Below, in pieces: positions 54,828 through 64,000 of a stretch of DNA of 64,000 nt (the stretch's first letter is position 1; each line of letters starts with the position of its first letter). Both the position numbers and the translations under genes were made by a program. Origin of the DNA: Candidatus Falkowbacteria bacterium RIFOXYA2_FULL_47_19 (lineage in GTDB: Bacteria > Patescibacteriota > Patescibacteriia > Patescibacteriales > UBA12075); the NCBI GenBank assembly GCA_001780275.1, contig MFGB01000006.1:1756-65755 (forward strand), given 5' to 3'. The notes under the pieces are model-generated. The model was not told the DNA's origin. It saw only the letters and a program-made list of their open reading frames with translations, and did no database searches.

Positions 54828-56012
54828 ATGCGCACTAAGAAAAAAAACGATACCTTGGGCGTCCTGGCGCGGCTCTTGCGGGACAATAAAGAAAATATCA
54901 TGAACGCCAATCGGCGCGATATATTATCCTGCCGAAGCGCCGGCGCTTCTATGCTCGACCGCCTAAAAACGGATGAATCTAAAATTTCCGGCATGATAGC
55001 GTCTCTTAAACTGTTAAAAAAAATGCCTGATCCGGAAAACCGGACGATCTATTCTTATAAGCACCGCAACGGACTTAAAATAGAAAACAGAACCGTTCCT
55101 TTCGGCACGATCCTCATAATCTACGAATCCCGCCCCGACGTGACGATCGAAGCGGCCGCTACCGCCTTTAAAGCGGGGAACAAAGTGATTCTTAGGGGCG
55201 GGACCGAATCAAGAAAGACTAACATAGTTTTGACGAAACTCTGGCGGAGGGCATTGGCCGCTTGCGGTCTATCCGCAGATTACGTCTCCTACCTCGATCT
55301 CGACCGAAAAAAAATAAAAGAATTTATTAAAAACAGCCGAGAGCCCGATCTGATCATTCCGCGCGGCGGGAAGGGACTTATTGATTTCGTCAAAAAAAAT
55401 ACCGATATTCCCGTGATCGCGAGCGGCCGGGGAAATAATTTTTTGTATCTCGATAAAAAATCCGACCTGGCCATGGCCGCGAAGATCATAATTAACGGCA
55501 AATCAAGAATAAGCGTATGCAACGCCCTGGATAAGGTTCTTATAAATCGCGATCTCCCTGATCTGAAAAACAGTCTTTTTAAATTAACGGAAGCCCTTCT
55601 CTCCGCCGGCATCGCCGTGTACGGAGATCGTCCGGTTTGCCGCCTCGATAAAAAGATCAAAGAGATCAGGGACGATTCCGCATTTGCGGAAGAATTTTTA
55701 TCCGCTAAAATATTCATAAGCCTCGTTAAGGATATCGACACGGCCATAGACCTTATAAATGAATATTCCGGAGGCCACTCGGCGGCCATAATCACGGCCG
55801 ACGCGAAAAAGGCCTTAAAATTCCAGAATGAAGTCGACTGCGCGGCCGTTTATCATAATGCCTCAACGAGATTTACCGACGGCGGAGAATTCGGATCGGG
55901 CGCGGAGATAGCGATAAGCACGCAAAAGCTGCATTTCCGGGGGCCGATCGGGCCGAACGAGCTTGTTACCAATAAATGGTTCATAAACGGCCGCGGCCAG
56001 ATCAGGAAATGA
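54828..56012 (+). CDS. proA: Glutamate-5-semialdehyde dehydrogenase (gamma-glutamyl phosphate reductase)
   Basis: Contains YESRPDVT.EAA..A.K.GN.VILRGG.E, IIPRGG..LI, C.NA.. and HSAAIIT. Confidence 0.85.
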   Translation: MRTKKKNDTLGVLARLLRDNKENIMNANRRDILSCRSAGASMLDRLKTDESKISGMIASLKLLKKMPDPENRTIYSYKHRNGLKIENRTVPFGTILIIYESRPDVTIEAAATAFKAGNKVILRGGTESRKTNIVLTKLWRRALAACGLSADYVSYLDLDRKKIKEFIKNSREPDLIIPRGGKGLIDFVKKNTDIPVIASGRGNNFLYLDKKSDLAMAAKIIINGKSRISVCNALDKVLINRDLPDLKNSLFKLTEALLSAGIAVYGDRPVCRLDKKIKEIRDDSAFAEEFLSAKIFISLVKDIDTAIDLINEYSGGHSAAIITADAKKALKFQNEVDCAAVYHNASTRFTDGGEFGSGAEIAISTQKLHFRGPIGPNELVTNKWFINGRGQIRK

Positions 56013-56788
56013 ACAGACAAAAAAATATGAAAAAAAAATTAGTGGTAAAAATAGGGACATCGACACTTACGGCCGGCACCGACCGGATCTCCTACGGCAA
56101 AATCGAGGATATTGCCCGGCAGACAGTCTCCCTGAAAAAATCTTACGATATCGTTCTGGTCTCTTCCGGCGCTATCGCCGCCGCCCGGCAGTTCATAGAC
56201 ATAAACGGCCACAGGAAAAGGGTTGATTCGAAACAGGCGATGGCGGCGATCGGGCAGCCTAAGCTTATGGGTATCTACGACGAGGTTTTCGGCAGCTTCG
56301 GGTTAAAGACCGCGCAATGCCTAATGACCTACCGGGATTTCGAGGACAAAACGGCTAAAAACAATACGAGAAACACGATAGGAAAACTGCTTGAAAACGA
56401 TTATATCCCGATAATAAACGAAAACGATACCGTCGCGATCGAAGAAATAATCCTGGGAGATAACGATAAATTATCCGCTCTGGTGGCTTCGATCATAAAA
56501 GCGGATCTTCTGGTTATCGCTTCCGATATCGACGGGCTGTACGACAAAAACCCTCATCTTAACGAAAACGCGGTCCTGATCGAAGAGGTAAAGAACCTGA
56601 AACGGGTCGCCGCCTTCGCGGAAGAAAAAAGATCCGGTCCGGGGACCGGCGGAATGACCTCGAAGATCCAGGCGGCCGCTATCTGCCGGAAAAACAAGAT
56701 AGAGATGTGGATCGTTAACGGCGCAAAAAACGGTTTTCTGGTCAAAGCGCTTGGGCGCGAAATATCCTTTACTAAATTCAAATTTTAA
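56009..56788 (+). CDS. proB: Glutamate 5-kinase, short form without a PUA domain
   Basis: Contains LVVKIGTSTLT, VLVSSGAIAA, IPIINENDTV and GDND.LSA. The start is either the ATG at 56009 (ATGA overlap with the proA stop) or the ATG at 56027. Confidence 0.85.
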   Translation: MNRQKNMKKKLVVKIGTSTLTAGTDRISYGKIEDIARQTVSLKKSYDIVLVSSGAIAAARQFIDINGHRKRVDSKQAMAAIGQPKLMGIYDEVFGSFGLKTAQCLMTYRDFEDKTAKNNTRNTIGKLLENDYIPIINENDTVAIEEIILGDNDKLSALVASIIKADLLVIASDIDGLYDKNPHLNENAVLIEEVKNLKRVAAFAEEKRSGPGTGGMTSKIQAAAICRKNKIEMWIVNGAKNGFLVKALGREISFTKFKF

Positions 56789-56790
56789 AT

Positions 56791-57570
56791 ATGAACTACG
56801 GCTTTATCGGTTTCGGCAACCTGGGCAGGGCCTTATATCTCTCCCTGAAAGACGATAAAAATCTGTCCTTCGCATACGTGTCGAAAAACAACAAGCGTAA
56901 AGATATCCGGTCAATGAAGAATATTCCGGCTCTGGTTTCATTCTCCGACGTGGTCTGGTTGTGCGTAAAGCCCAGTGATCTGCCGGAAGTGTTGGCCGAA
57001 TTGCGAAAGACGGAATTAAACGGCAAAACGATCGTCTCGCCCGTAGCCGGCATAGACCTCGCTTTCATTCGGAAAAACCTGGGAAAAGGGCCCGAATTAA
57101 TAAGAATAATGCCAAACCTGGCGATCGCTTATAAAAAATCGGTTACCGCTTTTTGCGCGGATAAAAAAAATTCCGTCAAAGCAAAAATAATCAGGCGCGT
57201 TCTTTTAAGATCGGGGCGCGTGATCGACTTGCCCGAAAAACATTTCGACCTGTTCACGGCTGTTTTCGGAAGCGGCCCGGCCTTCCTTTTAGAAATAATG
57301 CGCGTATTCGGAAATATGATCAAAGAACTGGGCATAGCGGAAAAGGACGTTAACCTCCTTTTGGCCGATCTCATGGCCGGCACCCTGGTCCATTTCCGAA
57401 AAAATCAAAATAAAAAAACCATCGCTGATCTCATAGGCGGTATCGCCAGCAAAGGCGGTACGACCGAGGCCGGACTCGCATATTTTAAGAAAAAAAATCT
57501 GGACGAATTGTTGGCCGGCGTCATAACGGCGGCTCGCGACAGATCAAAAAAATTAAACACTAAAGCATAA
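56791..57570 (+). CDS. proC: Pyrroline-5-carboxylate reductase
   Basis: N-terminal Rossmann motif GFIGFGNLG. Also RIMPN.A, GSGPAF and SKGGTTEAGL. Confidence 0.85.
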   Translation: MNYGFIGFGNLGRALYLSLKDDKNLSFAYVSKNNKRKDIRSMKNIPALVSFSDVVWLCVKPSDLPEVLAELRKTELNGKTIVSPVAGIDLAFIRKNLGKGPELIRIMPNLAIAYKKSVTAFCADKKNSVKAKIIRRVLLRSGRVIDLPEKHFDLFTAVFGSGPAFLLEIMRVFGNMIKELGIAEKDVNLLLADLMAGTLVHFRKNQNKKTIADLIGGIASKGGTTEAGLAYFKKKNLDELLAGVITAARDRSKKLNTKA

Positions 57571-57581
57571 ATCATAAAGTT

Positions 57582-59894
57582 ATGAATTTAGAGAAAAACC
57601 TCAAAGCCCATGAAGTGGTCCATCCGGAGCCGCGAGAGATATTGGCGGAAGAGGCCGGCACAATGAGAAAACTGGGGAAAAAAGCGAAGAAGATAGCCAA
57701 GGTTTTAACTTTTTTTACCTTGGCGAGCCTGGGCTGCGCTTTGCCGAAACAGAAAGAGGACGGATTCGAACCCGGTAAAGCAAGACCCGCGGCCGAAGAG
57801 ATTGAAGCGGCAGCGTCTACCCGTCCTTTCGGCGAAGAAATCGACAAAGCGCGCGAAAGAACTATGTCCGACGAAGAACGTAGCGTATTAAAGATCGCGG
57901 AAGAAGCTCCCTGGGAATTTTTAGGGAGAATCGATGAATTCGCCTCCCTCGATATAGACCTGGTCCCCTACATAGAGAAGGCCGGGCTAAAAGCGCCTGA
58001 AAGCCTTTTTAACGCGGCTCCTAATCTGGTTTTACTGAAAATCCCGGGCTTGGATCTGGCCGCGCTCATAACAAAAGCGGCTCTTAAGGATCCGGGGGGG
58101 TTCTATATTAATCTCGGATATCTTAGGGATATTCCCGATCTGGATCTGTCTAAAATAACCAAGGAGGAGGCGGCGGCCAGCGTTAAAAATCCGTGGGTAT
58201 TCCTGAATACCGTCCAATACATCCCTAAAGACATCCCCGACGTTGACCTTACATCCGAAGCTATCTCTGTCTGCGACGGGATTCCTTATCGCTTCATCGG
58301 TAGCGCAAACAAACTTAAAAACGTCATGAGACCGTCTGAATGGCAGGAGCAACTGGAAAAATCATTCGAAACTTATCCTGAAGCGATCAAGAGTTATGGC
58401 GAAACATTAAAGAGCATAAAGGATCCAAAACTGGAATCGACCCGCGTTCTCCAGACAATAAACGACTGGACGGCTGCGTTGCTCTTGAACGATATGGTCA
58501 GACACGGCCTATCCGAAGAAGGGGCAGTAAAAATAGCAAATAACGAAAACGAATTGTTCAAAGCGCTGGTTAAAATAAAATCAGAACCCGGCCATATCGG
58601 CGGTTTGACCGTCGAGGAACATCTGCGGGATTTAAGCTTAAAGACGGTAAAGCAAATCAACGATCTTCACGAAGAATCGAATACGGTAAGATTCAAACCG
58701 GCTAACGGCTTAAAGTCCCGGGAATTGTACGGTTTGATGGCATACGGCGAAGAAGAAATCTTTACCTCTACTTTTAACGGCTTATTCGACCGGATGATGG
58801 TAAAAATGCGGAACGAAAAAATTAACGGTCAGGAATTATTAAGAATGGTCGATAATAATAAATTCAGGACCTTTATAAAAGAATGCGCCGGATATAACCG
58901 CCTTAATGAATTTTTAGGGACAATGGACAAAGAAAACGCCCACGCCCTGCTTTCTGATGTCGTAAAAAACCTTGACGCGGCTAAAGACGGATTGTCCCAA
59001 GCCACTACGGTAGCCGATATTTTCGGAGTGATCACGGACAAGGAAGCTTTGGCCGTATTGCAGGAGCAGGTAAAACAGGAATACGAACGGGTGAACGGGC
59101 AGTCGCCGGCGGACGCTAACGGCAAGATCATTTACGGCATCCTGGCCGGAATGTCGGGGGACCGGGCCCTGGTCCACAAAGATTGGTTCAACAAGATGTC
59201 CGCTGAATTTCCGCTCGGCAATTTTAAGGAAATAAAATCCGCTGATCTTTTTAACGATGATGATCTTAACGTCCAGCAATATCTTTTTTATAACGATAAA
59301 GACGGCAAGGATTCATTCCGGAGCTTTATGTCCCAATACCAGAATGACCGCAAATGGCAGATAGAGAAAAAAGACCATTACGCCGTCATCCGTTCCGCGG
59401 GAAACGGAAAAAGAATAGAGATATATGCGAGCTATCCGGAATTTGAAGGAGAGGCTCCGGAAGAAATAGCGGAGGCGCTCAAGGAAAAAAATCTCCAAAC
59501 CAATATTATGGCGCACCGCGGTCATAGCTATCATGCCCGTAAAACCATCGAGAGAATTTCGCCGACCACTAAAATAGTTTCCCTGGGCTCCTGCGGGGGT
59601 TATAACAATGTTTTTCTGGTGCTTGAGGGATCTCCTGGCGCTCACATTATCTCCACCAAGGGTACCGGCACCATGTATGTCAATGATCCTTTATTTAAAA
59701 TGTTAAACGAGGAAATTTTATCCGGGAAAGATATTTCCTGGCCGGAGTTTTGGGCTTCAGCCGAAAAAAAGCTGGGTAAAAATCCCAATTTCCGCGACTA
59801 CGTCGCTCCGCATAAAAATCTAGGCGTAATGTTCCTGAAAACCTACAATAAAGAGCTTGAGAGGGCGAAAGATCTGCTGGTAGCGGAAAAATAA
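57582..59894 (+). CDS. Large hypothetical protein, probable lipoprotein, with a C-terminal His...Cys motif pair
   Basis: ATG at 57582. A lipoprotein-like signal begins at the internal Met at 57663 (MRKLGKKAKKIAKVLTFFTLASLGC). The C-terminal region contains IMAHRGHSYHA followed about 30 aa later by IVSLGSCGGY. Confidence 0.5.
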   Translation: MNLEKNLKAHEVVHPEPREILAEEAGTMRKLGKKAKKIAKVLTFFTLASLGCALPKQKEDGFEPGKARPAAEEIEAAASTRPFGEEIDKARERTMSDEERSVLKIAEEAPWEFLGRIDEFASLDIDLVPYIEKAGLKAPESLFNAAPNLVLLKIPGLDLAALITKAALKDPGGFYINLGYLRDIPDLDLSKITKEEAAASVKNPWVFLNTVQYIPKDIPDVDLTSEAISVCDGIPYRFIGSANKLKNVMRPSEWQEQLEKSFETYPEAIKSYGETLKSIKDPKLESTRVLQTINDWTAALLLNDMVRHGLSEEGAVKIANNENELFKALVKIKSEPGHIGGLTVEEHLRDLSLKTVKQINDLHEESNTVRFKPANGLKSRELYGLMAYGEEEIFTSTFNGLFDRMMVKMRNEKINGQELLRMVDNNKFRTFIKECAGYNRLNEFLGTMDKENAHALLSDVVKNLDAAKDGLSQATTVADIFGVITDKEALAVLQEQVKQEYERVNGQSPADANGKIIYGILAGMSGDRALVHKDWFNKMSAEFPLGNFKEIKSADLFNDDDLNVQQYLFYNDKDGKDSFRSFMSQYQNDRKWQIEKKDHYAVIRSAGNGKRIEIYASYPEFEGEAPEEIAEALKEKNLQTNIMAHRGHSYHARKTIERISPTTKIVSLGSCGGYNNVFLVLEGSPGAHIISTKGTGTMYVNDPLFKMLNEEILSGKDISWPEFWASAEKKLGKNPNFRDYVAPHKNLGVMFLKTYNKELERAKDLLVAEK

Positions 59895-59914
59895 ATAATA
59901 TTAAAGCGCGCAAT

Positions 59915-59945
59915 AAAAAACCGGAAGCTTTGCTTCCGGTTTTTA
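59915..59945. terminator. Bidirectional terminator between convergent genes
   Basis: aaaaaaccggaagc-tttg-cttccggttttt. Confidence 0.8.
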
Positions 59946-59957
59946 TATGATCAGGCC

Positions 59958-61046
59958 TTAATTTACGTATTTAGACAGATTCCGCGGCTTATCGATTTCG
60001 AGCCCTTTGCCGACCGCTATCCCGTAAGCCAAAAACTGCAAAGGAATTATCGATAAGATCGGTACAAATATATCAAGTGCCGACGGAACGCGAACTACGT
60101 CATCCGCTAAATCATCAAGCTTGTGGTTGCCGGCGGTGGTAACGGCTAAAATCTTTCCGCCCGCCCTTTTTATCTCTTTCATTATCTTGACATTATCTTC
60201 ATAGGCTGGATCTATCGGGGCTAAAAATATTACCGGAAAATCCGTATCCACGATCGCCAGGGGTCCGTGCAGAAATTCACCGGCGGCGAGGCCCTCGGCG
60301 TGCACATAAGCGGTTTCTTTGAATTTTAACGCTCCCTCGAGCGCGATCGGATAATTATAATTTTCGCCCAATATAACGAAACCTTTTTCCGAGGCATACT
60401 TGTCGGCTATAATCTTTATTTCCTCCTCCGATCCGAGAACGGCGGCGATTTTTTCGGAAAGACCTTTAAGTTCAAAAACAGCCGGTTGGCTCAAAACCGG
60501 CGGTTTCCTGTTCAAGCTGTCAAAATAAACCGCCAAAAGACCCAAAAGCATTACTTGGCTCGTAAAGGTTTTAGTGGCAGCGACTGCGATCTCTTCGCCG
60601 GCTTCCGTATAGATGCAGATATCGGCATATTTCGACAATGAGGAATTGATTTCGTTCGTTAGGCCGATAATAAAAGCTTCTTTTTCCCTGGCCAGACGAG
60701 CGGCCTTAAGAGCATCTCCGGTCTCGCCGGATTGGCTTATTAGTACGACCGCGGTACCGCTTTCTATCACCGCTTCGCGCTTTGTGAATTCGTCCGCCAG
60801 TTCGCACTCACAATTCAAGCCGGTCAATTCCTCAAAAACATAATTCCCGTACAAGGCGGCGTGGTATGAGGTTCCGCAACCCAAAAAAATGATCCGCTGA
60901 ACATTTTTAAGGATCCTGATTTTACCATGATCGAACTCGTCGAAAACCGCGCAACCTGTTTTAAAGTCCACGCGCTTATTTATAATATCTTTTATGATCA
61001 GCGCTTGCTCCCGGATCTCTTTTAACATGTTGAATTCCCTGGCCAT
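59958..61046 (-). CDS. Two-SIS-domain sugar-phosphate isomerase, GlmS isomerase-domain-like, without a glutaminase domain
   Basis: Contains MLKEIREQ, GCGTSYHA, ISQSGETGD and a C-terminal KPRNLSKYVN resembling the GlmS C-terminus. The track start at 61106 is a TTG; ATGs occur at 61046 and 61028. Confidence 0.7.
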   Translation of the reverse strand: MAREFNMLKEIREQALIIKDIINKRVDFKTGCAVFDEFDHGKIRILKNVQRIIFLGCGTSYHAALYGNYVFEELTGLNCECELADEFTKREAVIESGTAVVLISQSGETGDALKAARLAREKEAFIIGLTNEINSSLSKYADICIYTEAGEEIAVAATKTFTSQVMLLGLLAVYFDSLNRKPPVLSQPAVFELKGLSEKIAAVLGSEEEIKIIADKYASEKGFVILGENYNYPIALEGALKFKETAYVHAEGLAAGEFLHGPLAIVDTDFPVIFLAPIDPAYEDNVKIMKEIKRAGGKILAVTTAGNHKLDDLADDVVRVPSALDIFVPILSIIPLQFLAYGIAVGKGLEIDKPRNLSKYVN

Positions 61047-61109
61047 AAAACGTTTGATTATTTTATCCCTCAATATAAATGTATCATTTTTGCCGATTTT
61101 CAGCAAACA

Positions 61110-61138
61110 AAAAGCGCCATAAATTACCTGGCGCTTTT
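61110..61138 (-). terminator. Hairpin terminator after the nucleotidyltransferase gene
   Basis: aaaagcgcc-N11-ggcgctttt. Confidence 0.5.
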
Positions 61139-61145
61139 ATAGGTG

Positions 61146-61850
61146 TTAATTTTTATTTTTGCTTCTTACTTCCGACCTGGTCAAAATATTTTCCGCCCTC
61201 TTAAGGCTTGCCGGATCCGACACTTGTATCCAATCGGTTGTTTTTTCGATTCCGACCGGCCAATCCCGGGCCATTTTCGCGATCGTCTGCGGCAGGCCGT
61301 ATTCCGCTCCGTCGTGGACCGGCACGAGATCATAGTCAAAAAATTTTTTCTTGAGTACGTACATGGCCGCATTGGCCAGGGCGAAAGTTTTGTTGTGCGT
61401 GCCCTCGATAATATCGGCTAATTTGCCGGCGCCGTCTAAAACCACCCGTCCGCCGGAAAATTTTCCGCTGGCCTCCCTGACCAGGATGCATTGTTCGTGC
61501 CCGAGGCATCTTTCCGCGTCGCCGAACCCGTAAATATCGTCGCCCATCATGACCAAGAAACGCTCTCCTAATTTTTCCCGGCAGGCGTGGATAGCATGTC
61601 CGGTGCCTAATAATTTTTGCTGTTTAACATAGCTTATCTTCCGGCCACCGAACTCATGACCGAAATGATTCACGATCTGCTCGCCTAAATATCCGACGAC
61701 AAAAATGATCTCGTCTATCTCATCCGGAAGCCTGTCCAGATTATGTTCGATTAAATTTTTTCCTGCCGCCTTGACCATGGGCTTGGGCACATGGTAAGTT
61801 AACGGCCTAAGCCTCGTACCTCGCCCGGCGGCCAGTATCACTGCTTGCAT
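61146..61850 (-). CDS. Sugar-phosphate nucleotidyltransferase (NDP-sugar pyrophosphorylase)
   Basis: MQAVILAAGRGTRLRPLTYHVPKPMV signature. The ATG at 61848-61850 is preferred over the upstream ATG at 61871. Confidence 0.8.
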   Translation of the reverse strand: MQAVILAAGRGTRLRPLTYHVPKPMVKAAGKNLIEHNLDRLPDEIDEIIFVVGYLGEQIVNHFGHEFGGRKISYVKQQKLLGTGHAIHACREKLGERFLVMMGDDIYGFGDAERCLGHEQCILVREASGKFSGGRVVLDGAGKLADIIEGTHNKTFALANAAMYVLKKKFFDYDLVPVHDGAEYGLPQTIAKMARDWPVGIEKTTDWIQVSDPASLKRAENILTRSEVRSKNKN

Positions 61851-61984
61851 ATATTCATTAATATAACGCATTAAATATCGGGCGGCGCTAAAAAATCAAT
61901 CGGCTTAATACTTAATACGAAATGCTTTTACTACATACTAAATTAAACTATCAAATAAAATCATGATATTTAATAATAACATTA

Positions 61985-62590
61985 TTACAGAATTCTTAAT
62001 AAATCATTAAAACAATACTCTTTCATAGTGTGCCTGACATTTCTCGAGTGCGAGCTTTTCACTAAAATCAAACTGATTCTGTCGCCCATCGCTTTTTTGA
62101 TGGCGATATTTTCCCGAGCATTATCGTTGATTACAAGAGCCTGGCCCCGGCTCTTTTTTAAAAACATTAAAACAGAATCTTTATTCTTGTCGGTTATAAT
62201 CATTCTATCAAAATATTTTTTAATACTGAGTCCGTTCACTTTCGCTTTTTGCCAACGGATATCGCCGAAGGTAAGCAATATCAATTCATTCTTTTCCTCC
62301 CTGAGTTTCCGGAGAAGAGGAACCGCGGCCGGGTAAAGATATCTGTCCATATTTTTAAACAAGGCTCCAACTTTTTTGCGCGCCCGGACCGTATCGGCAA
62401 TACACCCCTCTTTTCTTAAATAATCAATATGCTTATAGCCGCTGTATTTACGGGAAAACGATATTTCCGGAAAATATTTCTCCCGGGTTGATCTAAAAAT
62501 GCGCGCTGACACGCCCATGGCTCCGGGCAAAACCGCTAAAAATTTCTTAGTATCGAGTAAAGTGAAATCAAGATCAAAAACGTAGATCAT
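61985..62590 (-). CDS. HAD-superfamily hydrolase
   Basis: Motif I FDLDFTLLDT at the N-terminus, and LVINDN late in the sequence. Confidence 0.6.
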   Translation of the reverse strand: MIYVFDLDFTLLDTKKFLAVLPGAMGVSARIFRSTREKYFPEISFSRKYSGYKHIDYLRKEGCIADTVRARKKVGALFKNMDRYLYPAAVPLLRKLREEKNELILLTFGDIRWQKAKVNGLSIKKYFDRMIITDKNKDSVLMFLKKSRGQALVINDNARENIAIKKAMGDRISLILVKSSHSRNVRHTMKEYCFNDLLRIL

Positions 62591-62697
62591 ATAGTATAAA
62601 TATTGCCTTTTAACACCCCTCCTGACTCCCCCGAAACGTCGGGGTCGCCACCGCCCCCTAATTAGGGGAGGAACGCGGGGAGGGGTGTCGCCGGCAC

Positions 62698-63681
62698 CTA
62701 ATCAAAAATAATCTTCTTTATCGCTCCGGCCAATTTTTTCGGATCGTGCCGCGCGATATCGCCGGAAGCGTTTAAGAGGTCTTTTCTGATTATTATCCGA
62801 TTCCCCCAAGTGTCCCGGCGGCCTATTTCCACTAAACCGGCTTTTTGCTGCCGATATTCTTCCAATACTTTTTCTTCCGGCCGGGCCGAGTTCAGTATGG
62901 CGATATCAACGGTTTTTTTAAGAAAACGTTCCAGACCGGCAATGAAATCGCGGGCGGTAAAATCATCGGTTTCGCCGAATTTAGTCATAATATTGACCAC
63001 ATAGACCAATTTCGCCCGCGTCCTGGCAATGGCTTCCGCGACACCCTCGACCAGAAAATTCGGGGTAATGCTCGTATAAAGATCTCCCGGGCCGATTAAT
63101 ATATAGTCGGCGGCGCGGATCGCTTCAAGCACCGGCGGATAAACCCTGACCTCTTCGCTCGCGTGGGGAGCTAAAAAAGTATGCTTGATGCGCCCGCGCG
63201 TTTCTCCGCGCGGCACGTCAATAGCCGCCTCTCCGTAAAGGCGCCGGCCATCGGTTAATTCCGCCACTAACGTGGCTTTGTCGATGGTAACCGGCAGAAC
63301 CGAACCGGCGCTGTCCAGTATCTCTCCCAAGGCCTTAACGCTTTCCGGGAAATCGTCGGTATACTGTGACAGCATGGTTAAGAGCATATTGCCGACGCTA
63401 TGGCCCTTAAGTTTATTTTCCCCGCTAAAGCGCTTCTGCAGAAGTTCCCGGTAAATTTCCCGATTCCGGGACAGGGCCAGGACGCATTTAAGGATATCGC
63501 CGGGCGGTAAAACTCCGAGCTCGTCCCGAAGACGCCCCGTTGAACCGCCCGAATCCATCATGGACACGACGGCGGTAATATCAATGCCGGGAAGATCTCT
63601 TAAGCCCGAAAGCAAGGCGAATTGTCCCGATCCGCCGCCGATCGTCACGATTTTTTTATTTGTTTCCCTTGGATTTAACAT
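62698..63681 (-). CDS. YvcK/CofD-like (UPF0052) gluconeogenesis-factor family protein
   Basis: Contains IVTIGGGSG, VSMMDSGGSTGRLR, PPGDI and LIGPGDLYTSI. Confidence 0.85.
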   Translation of the reverse strand: MLNPRETNKKIVTIGGGSGQFALLSGLRDLPGIDITAVVSMMDSGGSTGRLRDELGVLPPGDILKCVLALSRNREIYRELLQKRFSGENKLKGHSVGNMLLTMLSQYTDDFPESVKALGEILDSAGSVLPVTIDKATLVAELTDGRRLYGEAAIDVPRGETRGRIKHTFLAPHASEEVRVYPPVLEAIRAADYILIGPGDLYTSITPNFLVEGVAEAIARTRAKLVYVVNIMTKFGETDDFTARDFIAGLERFLKKTVDIAILNSARPEEKVLEEYRQQKAGLVEIGRRDTWGNRIIIRKDLLNASGDIARHDPKKLAGAIKKIIFD

Positions 63682-63685
63682 ATAT

Positions 63686-64000
63686 TTATTTCAAAATCGA
63701 TTTAATGTTTTCCATGTCCGCCCAATCATGAACTAAAACATCCGCCGGATATTCGCGTTCGTCGTCCCGCGCGATCAGCCCGACGCATTTCATCCCTGCG
63801 CGCTTAGCCGCCGTCATGCCGCTCATGGCGTCTTCGAATACCAGACATTCTTCCGGCCGGACGCCCATCTTTTTCGCGGCCAGTAAAAATATGGCCGGAT
63901 CCGGCTTGCCTTTTTCCACCTCGTCGCCGGAAGTGATGGTCTTAAATTTATCTTTCAGTCCCAATTTATTTAAAACCGCCATGACGTATTCTTTGCGCGA
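63686..64000 (-). CDS. HAD-IA hydrolase (beta-phosphoglucomutase-like), N-terminus outside the window
   Basis: C-terminal HAD motifs KGKPDP and FEDAMSGMTAAKRAGM are present. The frame stays open to the window edge. Confidence 0.7.
   Translation of the reverse strand, partial: SRKEYVMAVLNKLGLKDKFKTITSGDEVEKGKPDPAIFLLAAKKMGVRPEECLVFEDAMSGMTAAKRAGMKCVGLIARDDEREYPADVLVHDWADMENIKSILK

Overview
The window reads as a compact bacterial chromosome segment using the standard genetic code. I count 49 protein-coding genes, one of them truncated at the right edge, and 2 tRNA genes. There is no rRNA, CRISPR array, integrase or transposase. Gene content suggests a Candidate Phyla Radiation / Patescibacteria-like organism. 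This is an inference from a four-helix-bundle '23S IVS-type' protein, a 2097-aa multi-module beta-helix surface protein, a pilus-type ATPase and many anchored hypothetical proteins, not a database result. Recognisable housekeeping genes include uvrA, rmuC, valS, proA-proB-proC, a coaD fusion, an RlmI-like methyltransferase, an Hsp20, and EndoQ-like, YvcK-like and VanW-like genes. The observations most worth a second look are:
(1) A roughly 1-kb GC-rich, ORF-poor, densely self-complementary locus (17.45-18.45 kb) with its own near-consensus promoter and terminator. It is a candidate large structured RNA that I could not match to any class I recognise.
(2) The tRNA-Val / tRNA-Ile(UAU) locus. Each tRNA is followed about 180 bp later by a duplicated 3' portion of itself that carries precise GC-hairpin insertions in tRNA loops.
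(3) A single-chain tandem duplication of a complete PilB/GspE ATPase.
(4) A four-helix-bundle gene bracketed by inverted repeats and translationally coupled to the five-module giant protein.
(5) Two families of palindromic elements that fill intergenic spacers and also sit in-frame inside two coding genes.
(6) A promoter-plus-terminator-delimited, roughly 145-nt rod-like sRNA candidate.
All functional calls rest on motifs read by eye. No searches were run.
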